From assembly GCA_964472375.1 (NCBI GenBank), contig CAYYLE010000004.1, positions 8,443 to 52,770 on the forward strand: a DNA stretch of 44,328 nucleotides. The letters are read 5' to 3'. The DNA is from an uncultured Rickettsiales bacterium. GTDB taxonomy: Bacteria; Pseudomonadota; Alphaproteobacteria; WRAU01; CAYYLE01. Every line of letters starts with the position of its first letter. Within the stretch, counting starts at the first letter, position 1. Below are positions 28,019-38,656 of the stretch, one piece after another. Made by a program: the position numbers and the translations under genes. The notes beneath the pieces were generated by a model. That model saw only the letters and a program-made list of their open reading frames with translations, had not been told where the DNA came from and did no database searches.

Positions 28019-29092
28019 ATGATAGACTTAGAGCTTTATCTTAACAAAATTTCATCAGCAAATAACCTACAAGAGCTTGAGCAATTAAAAGTTGAGCTAC
28101 TTGGTAAAAAAGGGCTTATTTCTCTTGCTATGAAAGACCTTTCAAACCTTTCAGTTGAAGAAAAAAAACAACAAGGTTCTGTTTTAAATAAAATAAAAAC
28201 TCAAATTAGCGAAAATATTGCAGAAGCTAAAGAAAAGCTAGAAGAACAAAAACTGCAAGAAGAAATGCTAAAAGAGAAAATAGATGTTACTTTAGATGGT
28301 AGGTCTTACCAAAGTGGCTCTTTACATTTGCTTACAAATGTAGCTAACCAAATAGTAAGCATTTTATCTTCTATGGGCTTTGCGTATTCTCGTGGGCCTG
28401 ATATAGAAAGCCAAGAAACTAACTTTAGTAATTTAAATATTCCTTCAAATCACCCTGCAAGAAGCGACCATGATACTTTCTACATGAAAGAAAAGTACAG
28501 CTTAAATGAAGAAAGCTTAAACTATGTTTTAAGAACCCATACTTCAACAGTGCAAGTTCGCTATATGCAAAATAACAAACCTCCTTTTAAGGTTATGTCT
28601 TTAGGTAAAACATATAGGTCTGACCACGATGCAACCCATTCGCCTATGTTTCATCAGGTGGAAGGTTTTTATGTTGCAGAAGATGTAAGCCTTGCAAACT
28701 TAAAGTATGTTTTACAAGAGTTTTGCACTAAGTTTTTTGGGGTTGATGATTTACCTTTTAGATTCCGTCCTAGTTATTTTCCTTTTACCGAGCCTTCTTT
28801 TGAGGTTGATATATCATACAAAAAAACTAAAGATGGTATAGAAATAGGAAAAGGTGATAATTGGCTTGAAATCTTAGGCTGTGGAATGGTTCACCCTAAA
28901 GTGCTTGAAAACTGCTCTATAGATTCTAAAAAATATTCAGGTTTTGCTTTTGGTGTAGGTGTTGAAAGGCTTGCAATGCTTAAATACAATGTTAAAGATT
29001 TAAGAAGCCTTTATGCAAATGATATAGATTTTTTAAAACACCATAAAAGCAAAAACTATAAAACACCTAGTTTAACTAAAGGTCTTGATTAA
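28019..29092 (+). CDS. pheS: phenylalanine--tRNA ligase alpha subunit
   Basis: LLGKKG, HPAR..HDTFY, LRTHTS.VQ, DATHSPMFHQVEG, RFRPSYFPFTEPS, WLEILGCGMVHP, GFAFG.GVERLAML. Confidence 0.99.
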   Translation: MIDLELYLNKISSANNLQELEQLKVELLGKKGLISLAMKDLSNLSVEEKKQQGSVLNKIKTQISENIAEAKEKLEEQKLQEEMLKEKIDVTLDGRSYQSGSLHLLTNVANQIVSILSSMGFAYSRGPDIESQETNFSNLNIPSNHPARSDHDTFYMKEKYSLNEESLNYVLRTHTSTVQVRYMQNNKPPFKVMSLGKTYRSDHDATHSPMFHQVEGFYVAEDVSLANLKYVLQEFCTKFFGVDDLPFRFRPSYFPFTEPSFEVDISYKKTKDGIEIGKGDNWLEILGCGMVHPKVLENCSIDSKKYSGFAFGVGVERLAMLKYNVKDLRSLYANDIDFLKHHKSKNYKTPSLTKGLD

Positions 29093-31492
29093 ATGAAGTT
29101 TACCTATAATTGGCTTTGCAGACATATTGATACAAACCTAACTCCTTTGCAAATAAAAGATGCATTGGTAGATTTGGGCTTAGAAGTTGAAGAATATACA
29201 AACTACCAAGAAAAGTTTGAAGGTTTTACAGTTGCATATATTAAAGATGCAGTAAAGCACCCAAATGCAGATAGCTTAAAGGTTTGCCAAGTTGAAATAG
29301 GTGATAACAAAATTAAAGAAATTGTTTGCGGTGCGTATAATGCTCGCAAAGGCATTAAGGTTGTATTTGCCGATGAAGGTATGTATATTCCTGGTACTGA
29401 TATAACCTTAAAAAAAGCAAGCATTAGAGGGGTTGAAAGCTCTGGCATGATGCTTTCTGAAAGAGAGCTAACTTTAAGCGACGACCATGATGGTATTATT
29501 GAACTTCCTTTAGATGCAAAAGTAGGCGATAGCATATTGCCATACATGGGTTTAGATGATGTTATATACGATGTTTCTATAATTTTAAACAGAGCTTATG
29601 CACTTGGAGTAAGAGGCATAGCAAGAGACTTAGCAGCATTTGGTAAAGGTAAGCTAAAGCCTTTAGATATTAAAGCCGTTGCAAGAACACTAGAAGATAG
29701 CATTACTCTTACTGCTGATGAAAATATTTGCACATATTTTAATGCTGTTTTAGTTAAAGGTATTGATAACAAAACTGCAAAATTGCCTGATTTTATAACA
29801 AACAGCCTAAAAATGATAGGGGTAAAGTTAAACAGCCCGTTGGTTGATTTAGCAAACTACCTAACAATAGACCTAAACCAACCTTTCCATATTTATGATT
29901 ATGACAAGGTTTCAAACAACATTAGTGTTAGGTTTGCAAACAGCAAAGAGAAAATTAAATGTCTTGATGATAAAGAATATCAGCTAGAGCAAAACATTCC
30001 GCTTGTATGTAAAGACGATACCCCAGTTTGTATAGCTGGCATTATGGGCGGGCTTGATTGCTCATGCACAGAAGAAACAAAAAATATTTTGGTTGAGTGT
30101 GCACACTTTGAAAGTGATATTATTTTAAGCGGTGCATCATCTTTAGGGATATCTTCAGAGGCTTCTTATAGATATTCTCGTTTTGTTGATAAAACCAAAA
30201 TGGAAGACAACTTAAATATTTTACTAAATTATATTAAAGATATTTGCCAAGGTGAGTTTAGTAATACTTCTGTTTTTGGAAGTGCTAAAGTAGAAGAAAA
30301 CACAATAGAGCTAGATTTAACATACTTTGCTAAGCTAACAAGCCTTAGTTTAAGCAAAAGTGAGGTTACAAACCTTTTACAAGTGCTTGAGTTTGAAGTA
30401 AAAGAAAAAGATGAAAACACTTTACTTGTAAAAGCTCCAAGTTATAGGTTTGATATACAAACTCAAAACTGCATAATAGAAGAAGCTGTAAGACTATATG
30501 GGTTTGATAATATTGAAAGCAAACCATTAAAAGATGCAAAACCATGCATAGCATTTGAAAAACACAAAGAAGCAGACCTTACCCAAGACCTAGGCTATAT
30601 TTTAGCAAATAAGGGCTTGCAAGAGGTTTTAGGAATGTCTTTCATTCCGCAAGATTTAGCTAAAACTTTAGGAATATACGATGAAAAGCTAGAGCTTTTA
30701 AACCCAATTTCAGCTAACCTTGCTTTAATGCGTAAGTCAATAGTGCCTTCATTACTTTTAACTTATTTAAGTAACTATAATAAAGGCAAAAACTCATTAC
30801 ATATTTTTGAAGCTGGTGATGTTTACGACTTTAATCTAAAAGACAAACAAGAGCTACAACTTGCTTGCTTGCTTTCAGGCAAGAATAAACAACAAAGCGA
30901 TGCTTTAGAAAAAGCCCGTAATGTAGATGTTTATGATGTTAAAGCCCTGCTTTTTGAGGCTTTAAACGAATTAGGCATAAGCCCAAGCAAGCTAACCTAT
31001 AAAACAGATGATTTACCACCTTATTATCATGGGTCAAAATCTGCTATGGTTGGTTTTGGGTTTAAAAACATGGTTGCTTGTTTTGGTCAGCTACACCCTG
31101 CTATTAAACAAAAGCTAGGTATAAAAGAAGATATTATGTTATTTGAGCTTTATACAGAGCGTTTAGCAAAGTTTGTAAAGCTTTCTAAACAAAGCCCTTT
31201 TATTGAAAACAACCTTATGCCTTTAAGCCGTGATTTTGCTTTTGTATTAAGTGATGATGTGCAAGCTTTGCAACTTATTAAAATTGCAAAGTCAGCAAGT
31301 AAGCTAATTACTGATGTTAAAATTTTTGACATCTATAAGGGTGATAACTTAGAAGAAGGTAAAAAGTCAGTTGCTTTTTCTATAACTATTCAACCTAAAG
31401 ACCAAAGCCTAAAAGGTGAAGAGATTGAAAAAATCTGCAACACAATAATTAAAAATGTTGAAGAAAAACTACAAGGTCAGTTAAGAGGGTAG
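29093..31492 (+). CDS. pheT: phenylalanine--tRNA ligase beta subunit
   Basis: MKFTYNWL, HPNADSL, IVCGAYN, IRGVESSGMMLSEREL, AGIMGG, RDFAFV, FDIYKG, KKSVAF, QLRG. Abuts pheS. Confidence 0.98.
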   Translation: MKFTYNWLCRHIDTNLTPLQIKDALVDLGLEVEEYTNYQEKFEGFTVAYIKDAVKHPNADSLKVCQVEIGDNKIKEIVCGAYNARKGIKVVFADEGMYIPGTDITLKKASIRGVESSGMMLSERELTLSDDHDGIIELPLDAKVGDSILPYMGLDDVIYDVSIILNRAYALGVRGIARDLAAFGKGKLKPLDIKAVARTLEDSITLTADENICTYFNAVLVKGIDNKTAKLPDFITNSLKMIGVKLNSPLVDLANYLTIDLNQPFHIYDYDKVSNNISVRFANSKEKIKCLDDKEYQLEQNIPLVCKDDTPVCIAGIMGGLDCSCTEETKNILVECAHFESDIILSGASSLGISSEASYRYSRFVDKTKMEDNLNILLNYIKDICQGEFSNTSVFGSAKVEENTIELDLTYFAKLTSLSLSKSEVTNLLQVLEFEVKEKDENTLLVKAPSYRFDIQTQNCIIEEAVRLYGFDNIESKPLKDAKPCIAFEKHKEADLTQDLGYILANKGLQEVLGMSFIPQDLAKTLGIYDEKLELLNPISANLALMRKSIVPSLLLTYLSNYNKGKNSLHIFEAGDVYDFNLKDKQELQLACLLSGKNKQQSDALEKARNVDVYDVKALLFEALNELGISPSKLTYKTDDLPPYYHGSKSAMVGFGFKNMVACFGQLHPAIKQKLGIKEDIMLFELYTERLAKFVKLSKQSPFIENNLMPLSRDFAFVLSDDVQALQLIKIAKSASKLITDVKIFDIYKGDNLEEGKKSVAFSITIQPKDQSLKGEEIEKICNTIIKNVEEKLQGQLRG

Positions 31493-31890
31493 AGGTTTTT
31501 TAAAAACTTAAAATACCAGCAAAGAGCTTATAACTTAAAAGTAAGCACTTGTGGTTTATAGTATATTTAAAAGTATTGGTTGCTCTTATAAATATACCTA
31601 ATCATGCAGAAGATAAAAAAGTAAATATAAATCCTTTTAGGTATTAAACAGTTTTATTTACTTTTTTTATACTGTGTAAATAAGCAAACATGCATAAAAT
31701 ACATATAAAGCAGAACTTTAACAAAACTGCAAATAATCAAAAGCATACAAGTGTTTTTATAATTTTTTTCTTACATGTTGCATTTTCAATGTTTTGATGG
31801 GCTATTTTTACACATTTTATAATTCATTATTTTTGTATTTGGCAAATGCTTCTTGCCGTTGCTTTTTGGAAGATTTAGTAGGTGTAGAGT

Positions 31891-31928
31891 AAAAAACTAC
31901 CTAAGAGATTTAAGGTATCTTAGGTAGT
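31891..31928 (-). terminator. intrinsic terminator of the nar operon
   Basis: 11-bp stem ACTACCTAAGA/TCTTAGGTAGT with an A-run on the + strand (U-tract on the - strand), 22 nt past the narI stop. Confidence 0.85.
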
Positions 31929-31950
31929 GCTAAACAAACAATTGTGTCAA

Positions 31951-32622
31951 TTATTTCTTTTTACGAACAATTTGGTAAGGACGGGCAACAAAAGTTATAG
32001 GAGCACTAAAAATATGCACCAAGCGCGTAAAAGGGAAAATAAATACTATTAATAACCCTAACACAATATGTAACTTAAACACAAAGGCAACATCTGCAAT
32101 ATATAAAGACGCATCGCCTTTAAATGTAGCTAAAGTTTGAGCCCATAGCATGAATTTCACCATTTCTTCGCCATCTAAGTGTTTTAAAGATTCAAAAATA
32201 GAAAGTAATCCGATTAAAACTTGAAGTAAAAGCAAAATAAGTATTAGTATATCAGTAAAAGAACTTGTTGCTCTTATGCGTTCATCAAACAACCTGCGAT
32301 GCAAAAGTAACACAAGGCCAACTAAAACCAAAATACCTGCTAAGCCACCTACGGAAATTGCAAGAACCTGTTTAAAAGAATGACTAACCCCCATTATATC
32401 TAGTAAAGGAAGAGGAACAAAAAAACCCACAGCATGCCCCATAAGTATAATAAGAATACCTACATGAAAAGTAATACTGCCTATTATAAGTTGCTTTCTT
32501 CTCAAAAATTGACTAGATTTACTTTTGTAAGAAAATGGGTCTCTGTCTAATCTTAAGATACTTCCAAGAATAAAAGAAACTACCGCCATATATGGAAAAA
32601 TAGTAAAAAAGAAAAAGTTCAT
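31951..32622 (-). CDS. narI: respiratory nitrate reductase gamma subunit
   Basis: FPY, SSQFL, four haem His residues (FHVG, GHAVG, KLHI, FPFTRLVH); 5 TM. Confidence 0.97.
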   Translation of the reverse strand: MNFFFFTIFPYMAVVSFILGSILRLDRDPFSYKSKSSQFLRRKQLIIGSITFHVGILIILMGHAVGFFVPLPLLDIMGVSHSFKQVLAISVGGLAGILVLVGLVLLLHRRLFDERIRATSSFTDILILILLLLQVLIGLLSIFESLKHLDGEEMVKFMLWAQTLATFKGDASLYIADVAFVFKLHIVLGLLIVFIFPFTRLVHIFSAPITFVARPYQIVRKKK

Positions 32623-32624
32623 AA

Positions 32625-33329
32625 TTAGCTCCTCTTAGTTTTTTGTTCGTCACTTAAATATATTCTTGAAACCATTTCTTTAACTTGAGGGCAAGAATTT
32701 TGCTCTGTTGAGTTTGTCTTGTTTTCAAAAGCCATTTGCTCTTCCCAAAGCTCGTCTAGTTCATCTAAGTTTGCAAGGCTACCGTCATTTTCAGTAAGTG
32801 CTTTTTTAATATTGTCTTTGTTGTAGTTCTCTAAAGATAAAGACTGCAATGCCTTAAACACATACCCGTATAAAGAAGCTCTATTCTTTAACCTTAGAGC
32901 AAGTAGTGTTGTAATATCAACAGCACCACTTAAGTTTTTAATAGCATCTTCTTTGTTTAAAGTACTTAAGTATTCTAAAAACAAAGGTAAGTAATCAGGT
33001 AAATTTTCTGTCTTTAACTCTAAACCAGCCTCTTTATAGATTTCAACAAGGTCAGAAAGTGCTTGTCCTCTATCGCGAGAGTCTTGGTATATATGCTCAA
33101 ACATGTTAAGGCATAAAGATGGAGTTCTGTCAAAAAGTTCAGTATATTCTTCTTCAAGATCTAACAAATTTTTGTTTTGCATGTAGTTTGTAAGTTGTTT
33201 TATGTCTTGTTGATTATCAGGTGATAAGATACCTTCAACTTCAATAACATCTTCAATTTGCTTTAACTCATTTATTAGCTCTTTAGTCGGATAGCTTAAA
33301 AGTGCCGCTAAGGCTTTTAATGTTTTCAT
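32625..33329 (-). CDS. narJ: nitrate reductase molybdenum cofactor assembly chaperone
   Basis: LLSYP, Y.ELFDR, FEHIYQDSRDRGQA, LPDYLPLFLEYLS. Confidence 0.96.
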   Translation of the reverse strand: MKTLKALAALLSYPTKELINELKQIEDVIEVEGILSPDNQQDIKQLTNYMQNKNLLDLEEEYTELFDRTPSLCLNMFEHIYQDSRDRGQALSDLVEIYKEAGLELKTENLPDYLPLFLEYLSTLNKEDAIKNLSGAVDITTLLALRLKNRASLYGYVFKALQSLSLENYNKDNIKKALTENDGSLANLDELDELWEEQMAFENKTNSTEQNSCPQVKEMVSRIYLSDEQKTKRS

Positions 33330-33331
33330 GC

Positions 33332-34882
33332 TTAATCCTGCTTTTTCATAAATAAGTCATTTAATGCAACATGTTTTTTAGCGTCGGTCTTATTTTCAAA
33401 AAAATCAAAACTAGTATTAGAATGCGATGAACAACCATTGCCAAAACTAAAACCACAAGAGCCACTTGCTTTGTAAGCATCTATAACTTCTTCTTTATGG
33501 TTAGTAGGTATAACATACCTATCTTCATAGTTTGCAATTGCCATAATTTTGTACATTTCCCTTATAGTGTCTTCACTTAGAGAAACTTCATCTAGTATTT
33601 TTGTATCTTTATTTTTTTCAATAAGGTCGCTTCTCATAAACAATCTCATTGCTAGCATTCTTTTTAAAGCTAAAGTAACAGGTTCTTCTTTGCCAGCTGT
33701 TAAAAGGTTAGCTAAGTATTTAACTGGAATACGCAAATCTTCTACATCTGGAATAATGTTCCCTTGCTTAACTTCTAGTTTGCCATTTTCTAAAGCAGAT
33801 TGAATAGGGCTCAAAGGTGGCACATACCAAACCATAGGCAGTGTTCTGTACTCAGGGTGTAAAGGAAAAGCAATTTTCCAATCTATGGCCATTTTGTAAA
33901 CAGGAGAATTTTGAGCTGCTTTTATGTAGCTTTCAGGAATACCTTCTGCAAGTGCCTTGCTTATAATGTTTTCATCATTAGGGTCTAAAAACATACTGCA
34001 TTGTGCTTCATATAAATCTTCATCGTTTTTCACACTAGCTATTTCTTCTACTTTGTCAGCATCGTAAAGAACAACACCTAGATATCTAATGCGACCAACA
34101 CAAGTTTCAGAGCATACAGTAGGTTCACCACTTTCTAAACGAGGATAGCAAAGTGTACATTTTTCAGCTTTGCCAGATTCCCAGTTGTAATATATTTTTT
34201 TATAAGGGCAACCAGAAACACACATACGCCAACCACGACATTTGTTTTGGTCTATTAATACAACACCGTCTTCCTCTCTTTTATAAATAGATCCAGAAGG
34301 GCAAGATGCAACACAAGCAGGGTTTAAGCAATGTTCACAAAGTCTTGGCAAATACATCATAAATGTATTTTCAAACTCGCCATACATTTCTTTTTGCATT
34401 TCTTTAAAGTTGTAGTCTTTTTTACGTTTTTCAAACTCACCTCCTAAAATCTCTTCCCAGTTAGGACCCCAGTCAATTTTTTTCATTCTTTTGCCAGTAA
34501 TTAAAGAAACTGGTCTAGCAACAGGTTGATAATCTCTTCTTGGTGAGCTTTGTAAGGTTTCATAATCATAGGTAAAAGGCTCGTAGTAATCGTCAATTTC
34601 AGGCATATTTGGGTTACCAAATATTTTTGCTAAAATTGACAATCTACCACCTTGCTTAGGCTGTAGCTTGCTGTTTTTAAGTTCCCAACCACCTTTCCAT
34701 TTTTCTTGGTTTTCCCAATCTTTAGGAAAGCCAATACCAGGTTTTGATTCTACATTGTTAAACCATGCGTATTCTAAACCTTTACGAGATGTCCATACAT
34801 TTTTACAAGTAACAGAACATGTATGGCAACCAATGCATTTGTCTAGGTTTAGCACCATAGCTATTTGTGCTCTAATTTTCAT
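33332..34882 (-). CDS. narH: respiratory nitrate reductase beta subunit
   Basis: MKIRAQIAMVLNLDKCIGCHTCSVTCK, CEHCLNPACVASC, CRGWRMCVSGC, CTLCYPR Fe-S motifs. Confidence 0.99.
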   Translation of the reverse strand: MKIRAQIAMVLNLDKCIGCHTCSVTCKNVWTSRKGLEYAWFNNVESKPGIGFPKDWENQEKWKGGWELKNSKLQPKQGGRLSILAKIFGNPNMPEIDDYYEPFTYDYETLQSSPRRDYQPVARPVSLITGKRMKKIDWGPNWEEILGGEFEKRKKDYNFKEMQKEMYGEFENTFMMYLPRLCEHCLNPACVASCPSGSIYKREEDGVVLIDQNKCRGWRMCVSGCPYKKIYYNWESGKAEKCTLCYPRLESGEPTVCSETCVGRIRYLGVVLYDADKVEEIASVKNDEDLYEAQCSMFLDPNDENIISKALAEGIPESYIKAAQNSPVYKMAIDWKIAFPLHPEYRTLPMVWYVPPLSPIQSALENGKLEVKQGNIIPDVEDLRIPVKYLANLLTAGKEEPVTLALKRMLAMRLFMRSDLIEKNKDTKILDEVSLSEDTIREMYKIMAIANYEDRYVIPTNHKEEVIDAYKASGSCGFSFGNGCSSHSNTSFDFFENKTDAKKHVALNDLFMKKQD

Positions 34883-34903
34883 ATTTTAAAATTTCCCTTA
34901 TCG

Positions 34904-37900
34904 TTATTCCTGTTCCTCAACTGGCGAACCATCTAAAAAGTCTACCTTTTTCATTTTTCTAACAACCACAAACTCATCTCTGTTGCAACCAACAGTTCCA
35001 TAATAATTAAAACCATAAGAAAGTTGTGCATACCCGCCTATCATGTGGGTAGGCTTTAAAGTAGCTCTTGTAACAGAGTTGTGTATACCTCCTCTTTGGT
35101 TTGTAATTTTACTACCTGGGGTGTTGATTATTTTTTCTTGAGCGTGATACATTAAAGCCATGCCTTGGTTAACTCTTTGAGAGACAACAGCACGAGCAGC
35201 AATAGCGCCATGACTATTGTAAACATCAATCCAATCATTGTCTGCAATGTTAGCTTTTTTAGCATCAACTTCACTTATCCAAACAATAGGTCCACCTCTT
35301 GAAAGAGTAAGCATTCTTAAATTATCTGAATATGTAGAGTGAATTCCCCATTTTTGATGAGGTGTAATAAAGTTTAAAACTAAATTAGCAGAACCATCAT
35401 CATGCTTTTCTAATACATCAGACACTGTGTTTGTGTTAATAGGAGGCTTATAGCATGTAAAGTTTTCACCAAAGTCAATCATCCATGGGTGGTCTTGATA
35501 AAGTTCTTGGCGACCTGTTAGAGTTCTCCAAGGAATAAACTCATGAACATTAGTGTACCCAGCAGTGTAAGAAACTTCATGAGATTCTAACCCACTCCAA
35601 GTTGGCGATGATATAATTTTACGCGGTTGTGCAACAATATCATTAAAACGAATGTGTTCATCTTCTTTTGGTTTAGCAAGGTGAGTATGGTCAATTCCTG
35701 TGCAATCAGAAAGTGCACTCCAAGCCTTTACAGCAACATGACCATGGTTTTCTGGTGCTAATGTCATAATAGCTTCGCAAGCGTCAATATCACTTTCTAT
35801 CTTAGCTAAATCATCGCTATTTTTGCCGTTTATATCTTTTAAGATATTTACTTCATGTTTAGCATTCCAAGATATACCTTTACCGCCATTGCCTAGTTTT
35901 TCAACTAAAGGACCCAAGCTTGTGAATCTTTTAAATGTTTCAGGGTAGTTTCTTTCAACAACTTTAATGCTAGGCATTGTTTTGCCAGGTATAGGCTCAC
36001 ATTCGCCTTTTTTCCATTCTAAAACATTGCTTTGAGCAATCTCTCCTTCAGTATCATGCATTATAGGGGTAAGAACAACTTCTTTTTCCTCTCCTAAATG
36101 CCCTTTTGTAAGTTTAGAAAAAGTTTCTGCTAAATCTTTATAAATCTGCCAGTCTGTTTTACTTTCCCAAACTGGGTCAATTGCTTTAGTAAGAGGGTGA
36201 ATAAAAGGATGCATGTCAGATGTGTTTAAATCATTTTTTTCATACCAGCTAGCTGTTGGTAGAACGATATCTGAATACACACAAGTTGTAGACATACGGA
36301 AATCAAGAGTAGTTAAAAGGTCTAGCTTCCCTTTAGGTGCTTCATTTTGCCATGTAACATCTTTAGAGACATCTTTACCAAGTTCTCCTAAGTCGTCACC
36401 TTGTACACCATGTGAAGTACCAAGAAGATGCTTTAAAAAGTATTCATGTCCTTTACTTGAAGAACCTAAAAGGTTAGAACGCCAAACAAGTAAGGTGCGT
36501 GGCCAGTTTTCTTCTTTATCTGGGTCTTCGCAAGACATTCTTAAGCTATTTGATTTTAAGCGATTTACAACATAGTCAACAGGGTCTTTATTTTCTTTTT
36601 CCGCCTTTTTAACAAGGTCTAGTGGATTTTCTTCTAACTGAGGCGCAGAAGGCAACCAGCCCATTCTTTCAGCTTTAATATTGTAATCTATAACAGAACC
36701 TTGCCATTTTTCTTTATTAGCAAGAGGAGAAACTAAATCAGCTACTTTTAAATTCTCATAACGCCATTGGTCGGTATGTGCATAAAAGAAAGAAGTAGAA
36801 TTTTGCTGACGAGGAGGGCGAGCCCAATCTAACCCAAATGCAACAGGTAACCAGCCAGTTTGAGGGCGTAGCTTTTCTTGCCCAACATAGTGAGCCCAAC
36901 CACCGCCTGATTTACCGATACAGCCACAAAATGTAAGCATATTAATACATGCTCTGTAATTCATGTCCATATGGTACCAGTGGTTCATAGCAGCCCCTAT
37001 GATAATCATAGACTTACCTTCGGTTTTGTCGGCATTTTCAGCAAATGCTCTTGCTACTTTTATAACCTTTTCAGCAGGAACGCCTGTAATACTTTCTTGC
37101 CATTTTGGGGTATAGGCTACATTTTCGTTGTAATCACTTGCAACATTTTCACCTAAAAGACCATCTCTTTTTATACCATAGCTTGCGCAAATTAGGTCAA
37201 AAACTGTTGCAACTGCTACTTTTTTACCTTTTAAATCAAGATATTTTACAGGTATATTTCTGTCTTGAATCTCTTCTTGCTTATTTGCATTAAAGTAGCC
37301 ATGCTCATGTTCTTGGTTGGCAAAATAACCAAAGCCCACTTTTACAATATCATCTTCTTTGCCTAAAAGTGTTTTTACAGGGCGTATTTCATTTTCTGTA
37401 TTAGCATCTTTAGGAACAATATTCCATTTTTTGCTTTTGTCCCAGCGAAAACCTATTGAGCCTTTAGGAACAACAAGATTGTCTGTATTTTCATCATAGC
37501 AAATTGTTTTCCATTCAGGGTTTTCATTTTGCTCTAGATTGTTGTCAAAGTCGGCTGCTCTTAGCATGCGTCCTGCAACTAATCTTCCTTCTCTTTTTTC
37601 TAACTTTACAAGAAAAGGCATATCTGTGTATGTTCTTGTATAGTCATCAAAATATTTTGATGTATTTTCTAAATGAAACTCTTTTAAAATAACATGCCCC
37701 ATTGCCATACCAAGTGCGGCATCTGTTCCTTGTTTTGGGTTAAGCCAAATATCTGCAAACTTAGATGCTTCAGAATAGTCAGGGGTTATTGTTACAGTTT
37801 GTGTTCCTTTATAGCGAGCTTCTGTCATAAAGTGAGCATCTGGTGTTCTTGTTTGAGGAACATTTGACCCCCACATCATGATAAAGCCAGAGTTATACCA

Positions 37901-38629
37901 ATCTGCACTTTCAGGCACATCTGTTTGCTCACCCCATACCTGAGGAGAGCTTGGAGGAAGGTCGCAATACCAATCATAAAAACTCATGCATACGCCACCT
38001 ATAAGAGATAAATAACGAGAACCAGCAGCATAAGAAACCATAGACATGGCAGGGATAGGAGAAAAACCTATGTTACGGTCTGGACCATATTTTTTAATAG
38101 TATAAATATGGGAAGATGCAATAATTTCGTTTACCTCTTTCCAAGTTGAGCGAACAAATCCACCTTTACCGCGGGCTTCTTGGTAGCTTTTTCTTAGGCT
38201 TGGTTTGCTTTGAATATTAGCCCAAGCTTTTACAGGGTCAACTTCTTGTTGTCTATGTTCTCTCCATGCTTTAATTAGTTCTTTTCTAATCAAAGGGTAT
38301 TTTAAGCGATTAGCACTATATATATACCAGCTATAACTTGCACCTCTTGCACAACCTCTTGGTTCATGGTTTGGCATATTTGGTCTTGTGCGAGGGTAGT
38401 CTGTTTGTTGTGTTTCCCAAGTTATAATGCCATTTTTAACATAAATCTTCCAAGAGCATGAGCCTGTGCAATTAACTCCATGTGTAGAGCGTACTATTTT
38501 ATCATGCGACCAACGGTCTCTATATGCTTCTTCCCAATTTCTGTTTTCCTCTGTAGCAACCCCATGGTTGTTAGAGTATTTTTCTCTTTTTTGAGAAAAA
38601 AATGTAAGCTTATCAAGAAAATAACTCAT
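34904..38629 (-). CDS. narG: respiratory nitrate reductase alpha subunit
   Basis: RSTHGVNCTGSCSWK, PRGCARG, SFYDWYCDLPP (Mo-ligand Asp), WAHYVGQEK, TPHQKWGIHSTY. Confidence 0.99.
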   Translation of the reverse strand: MSYFLDKLTFFSQKREKYSNNHGVATEENRNWEEAYRDRWSHDKIVRSTHGVNCTGSCSWKIYVKNGIITWETQQTDYPRTRPNMPNHEPRGCARGASYSWYIYSANRLKYPLIRKELIKAWREHRQQEVDPVKAWANIQSKPSLRKSYQEARGKGGFVRSTWKEVNEIIASSHIYTIKKYGPDRNIGFSPIPAMSMVSYAAGSRYLSLIGGVCMSFYDWYCDLPPSSPQVWGEQTDVPESADWYNSGFIMMWGSNVPQTRTPDAHFMTEARYKGTQTVTITPDYSEASKFADIWLNPKQGTDAALGMAMGHVILKEFHLENTSKYFDDYTRTYTDMPFLVKLEKREGRLVAGRMLRAADFDNNLEQNENPEWKTICYDENTDNLVVPKGSIGFRWDKSKKWNIVPKDANTENEIRPVKTLLGKEDDIVKVGFGYFANQEHEHGYFNANKQEEIQDRNIPVKYLDLKGKKVAVATVFDLICASYGIKRDGLLGENVASDYNENVAYTPKWQESITGVPAEKVIKVARAFAENADKTEGKSMIIIGAAMNHWYHMDMNYRACINMLTFCGCIGKSGGGWAHYVGQEKLRPQTGWLPVAFGLDWARPPRQQNSTSFFYAHTDQWRYENLKVADLVSPLANKEKWQGSVIDYNIKAERMGWLPSAPQLEENPLDLVKKAEKENKDPVDYVVNRLKSNSLRMSCEDPDKEENWPRTLLVWRSNLLGSSSKGHEYFLKHLLGTSHGVQGDDLGELGKDVSKDVTWQNEAPKGKLDLLTTLDFRMSTTCVYSDIVLPTASWYEKNDLNTSDMHPFIHPLTKAIDPVWESKTDWQIYKDLAETFSKLTKGHLGEEKEVVLTPIMHDTEGEIAQSNVLEWKKGECEPIPGKTMPSIKVVERNYPETFKRFTSLGPLVEKLGNGGKGISWNAKHEVNILKDINGKNSDDLAKIESDIDACEAIMTLAPENHGHVAVKAWSALSDCTGIDHTHLAKPKEDEHIRFNDIVAQPRKIISSPTWSGLESHEVSYTAGYTNVHEFIPWRTLTGRQELYQDHPWMIDFGENFTCYKPPINTNTVSDVLEKHDDGSANLVLNFITPHQKWGIHSTYSDNLRMLTLSRGGPIVWISEVDAKKANIADNDWIDVYNSHGAIAARAVVSQRVNQGMALMYHAQEKIINTPGSKITNQRGGIHNSVTRATLKPTHMIGGYAQLSYGFNYYGTVGCNRDEFVVVRKMKKVDFLDGSPVEEQE

Positions 38630-38656
38630 GTTTTTAAATCCTATTTTTTATCAAGA

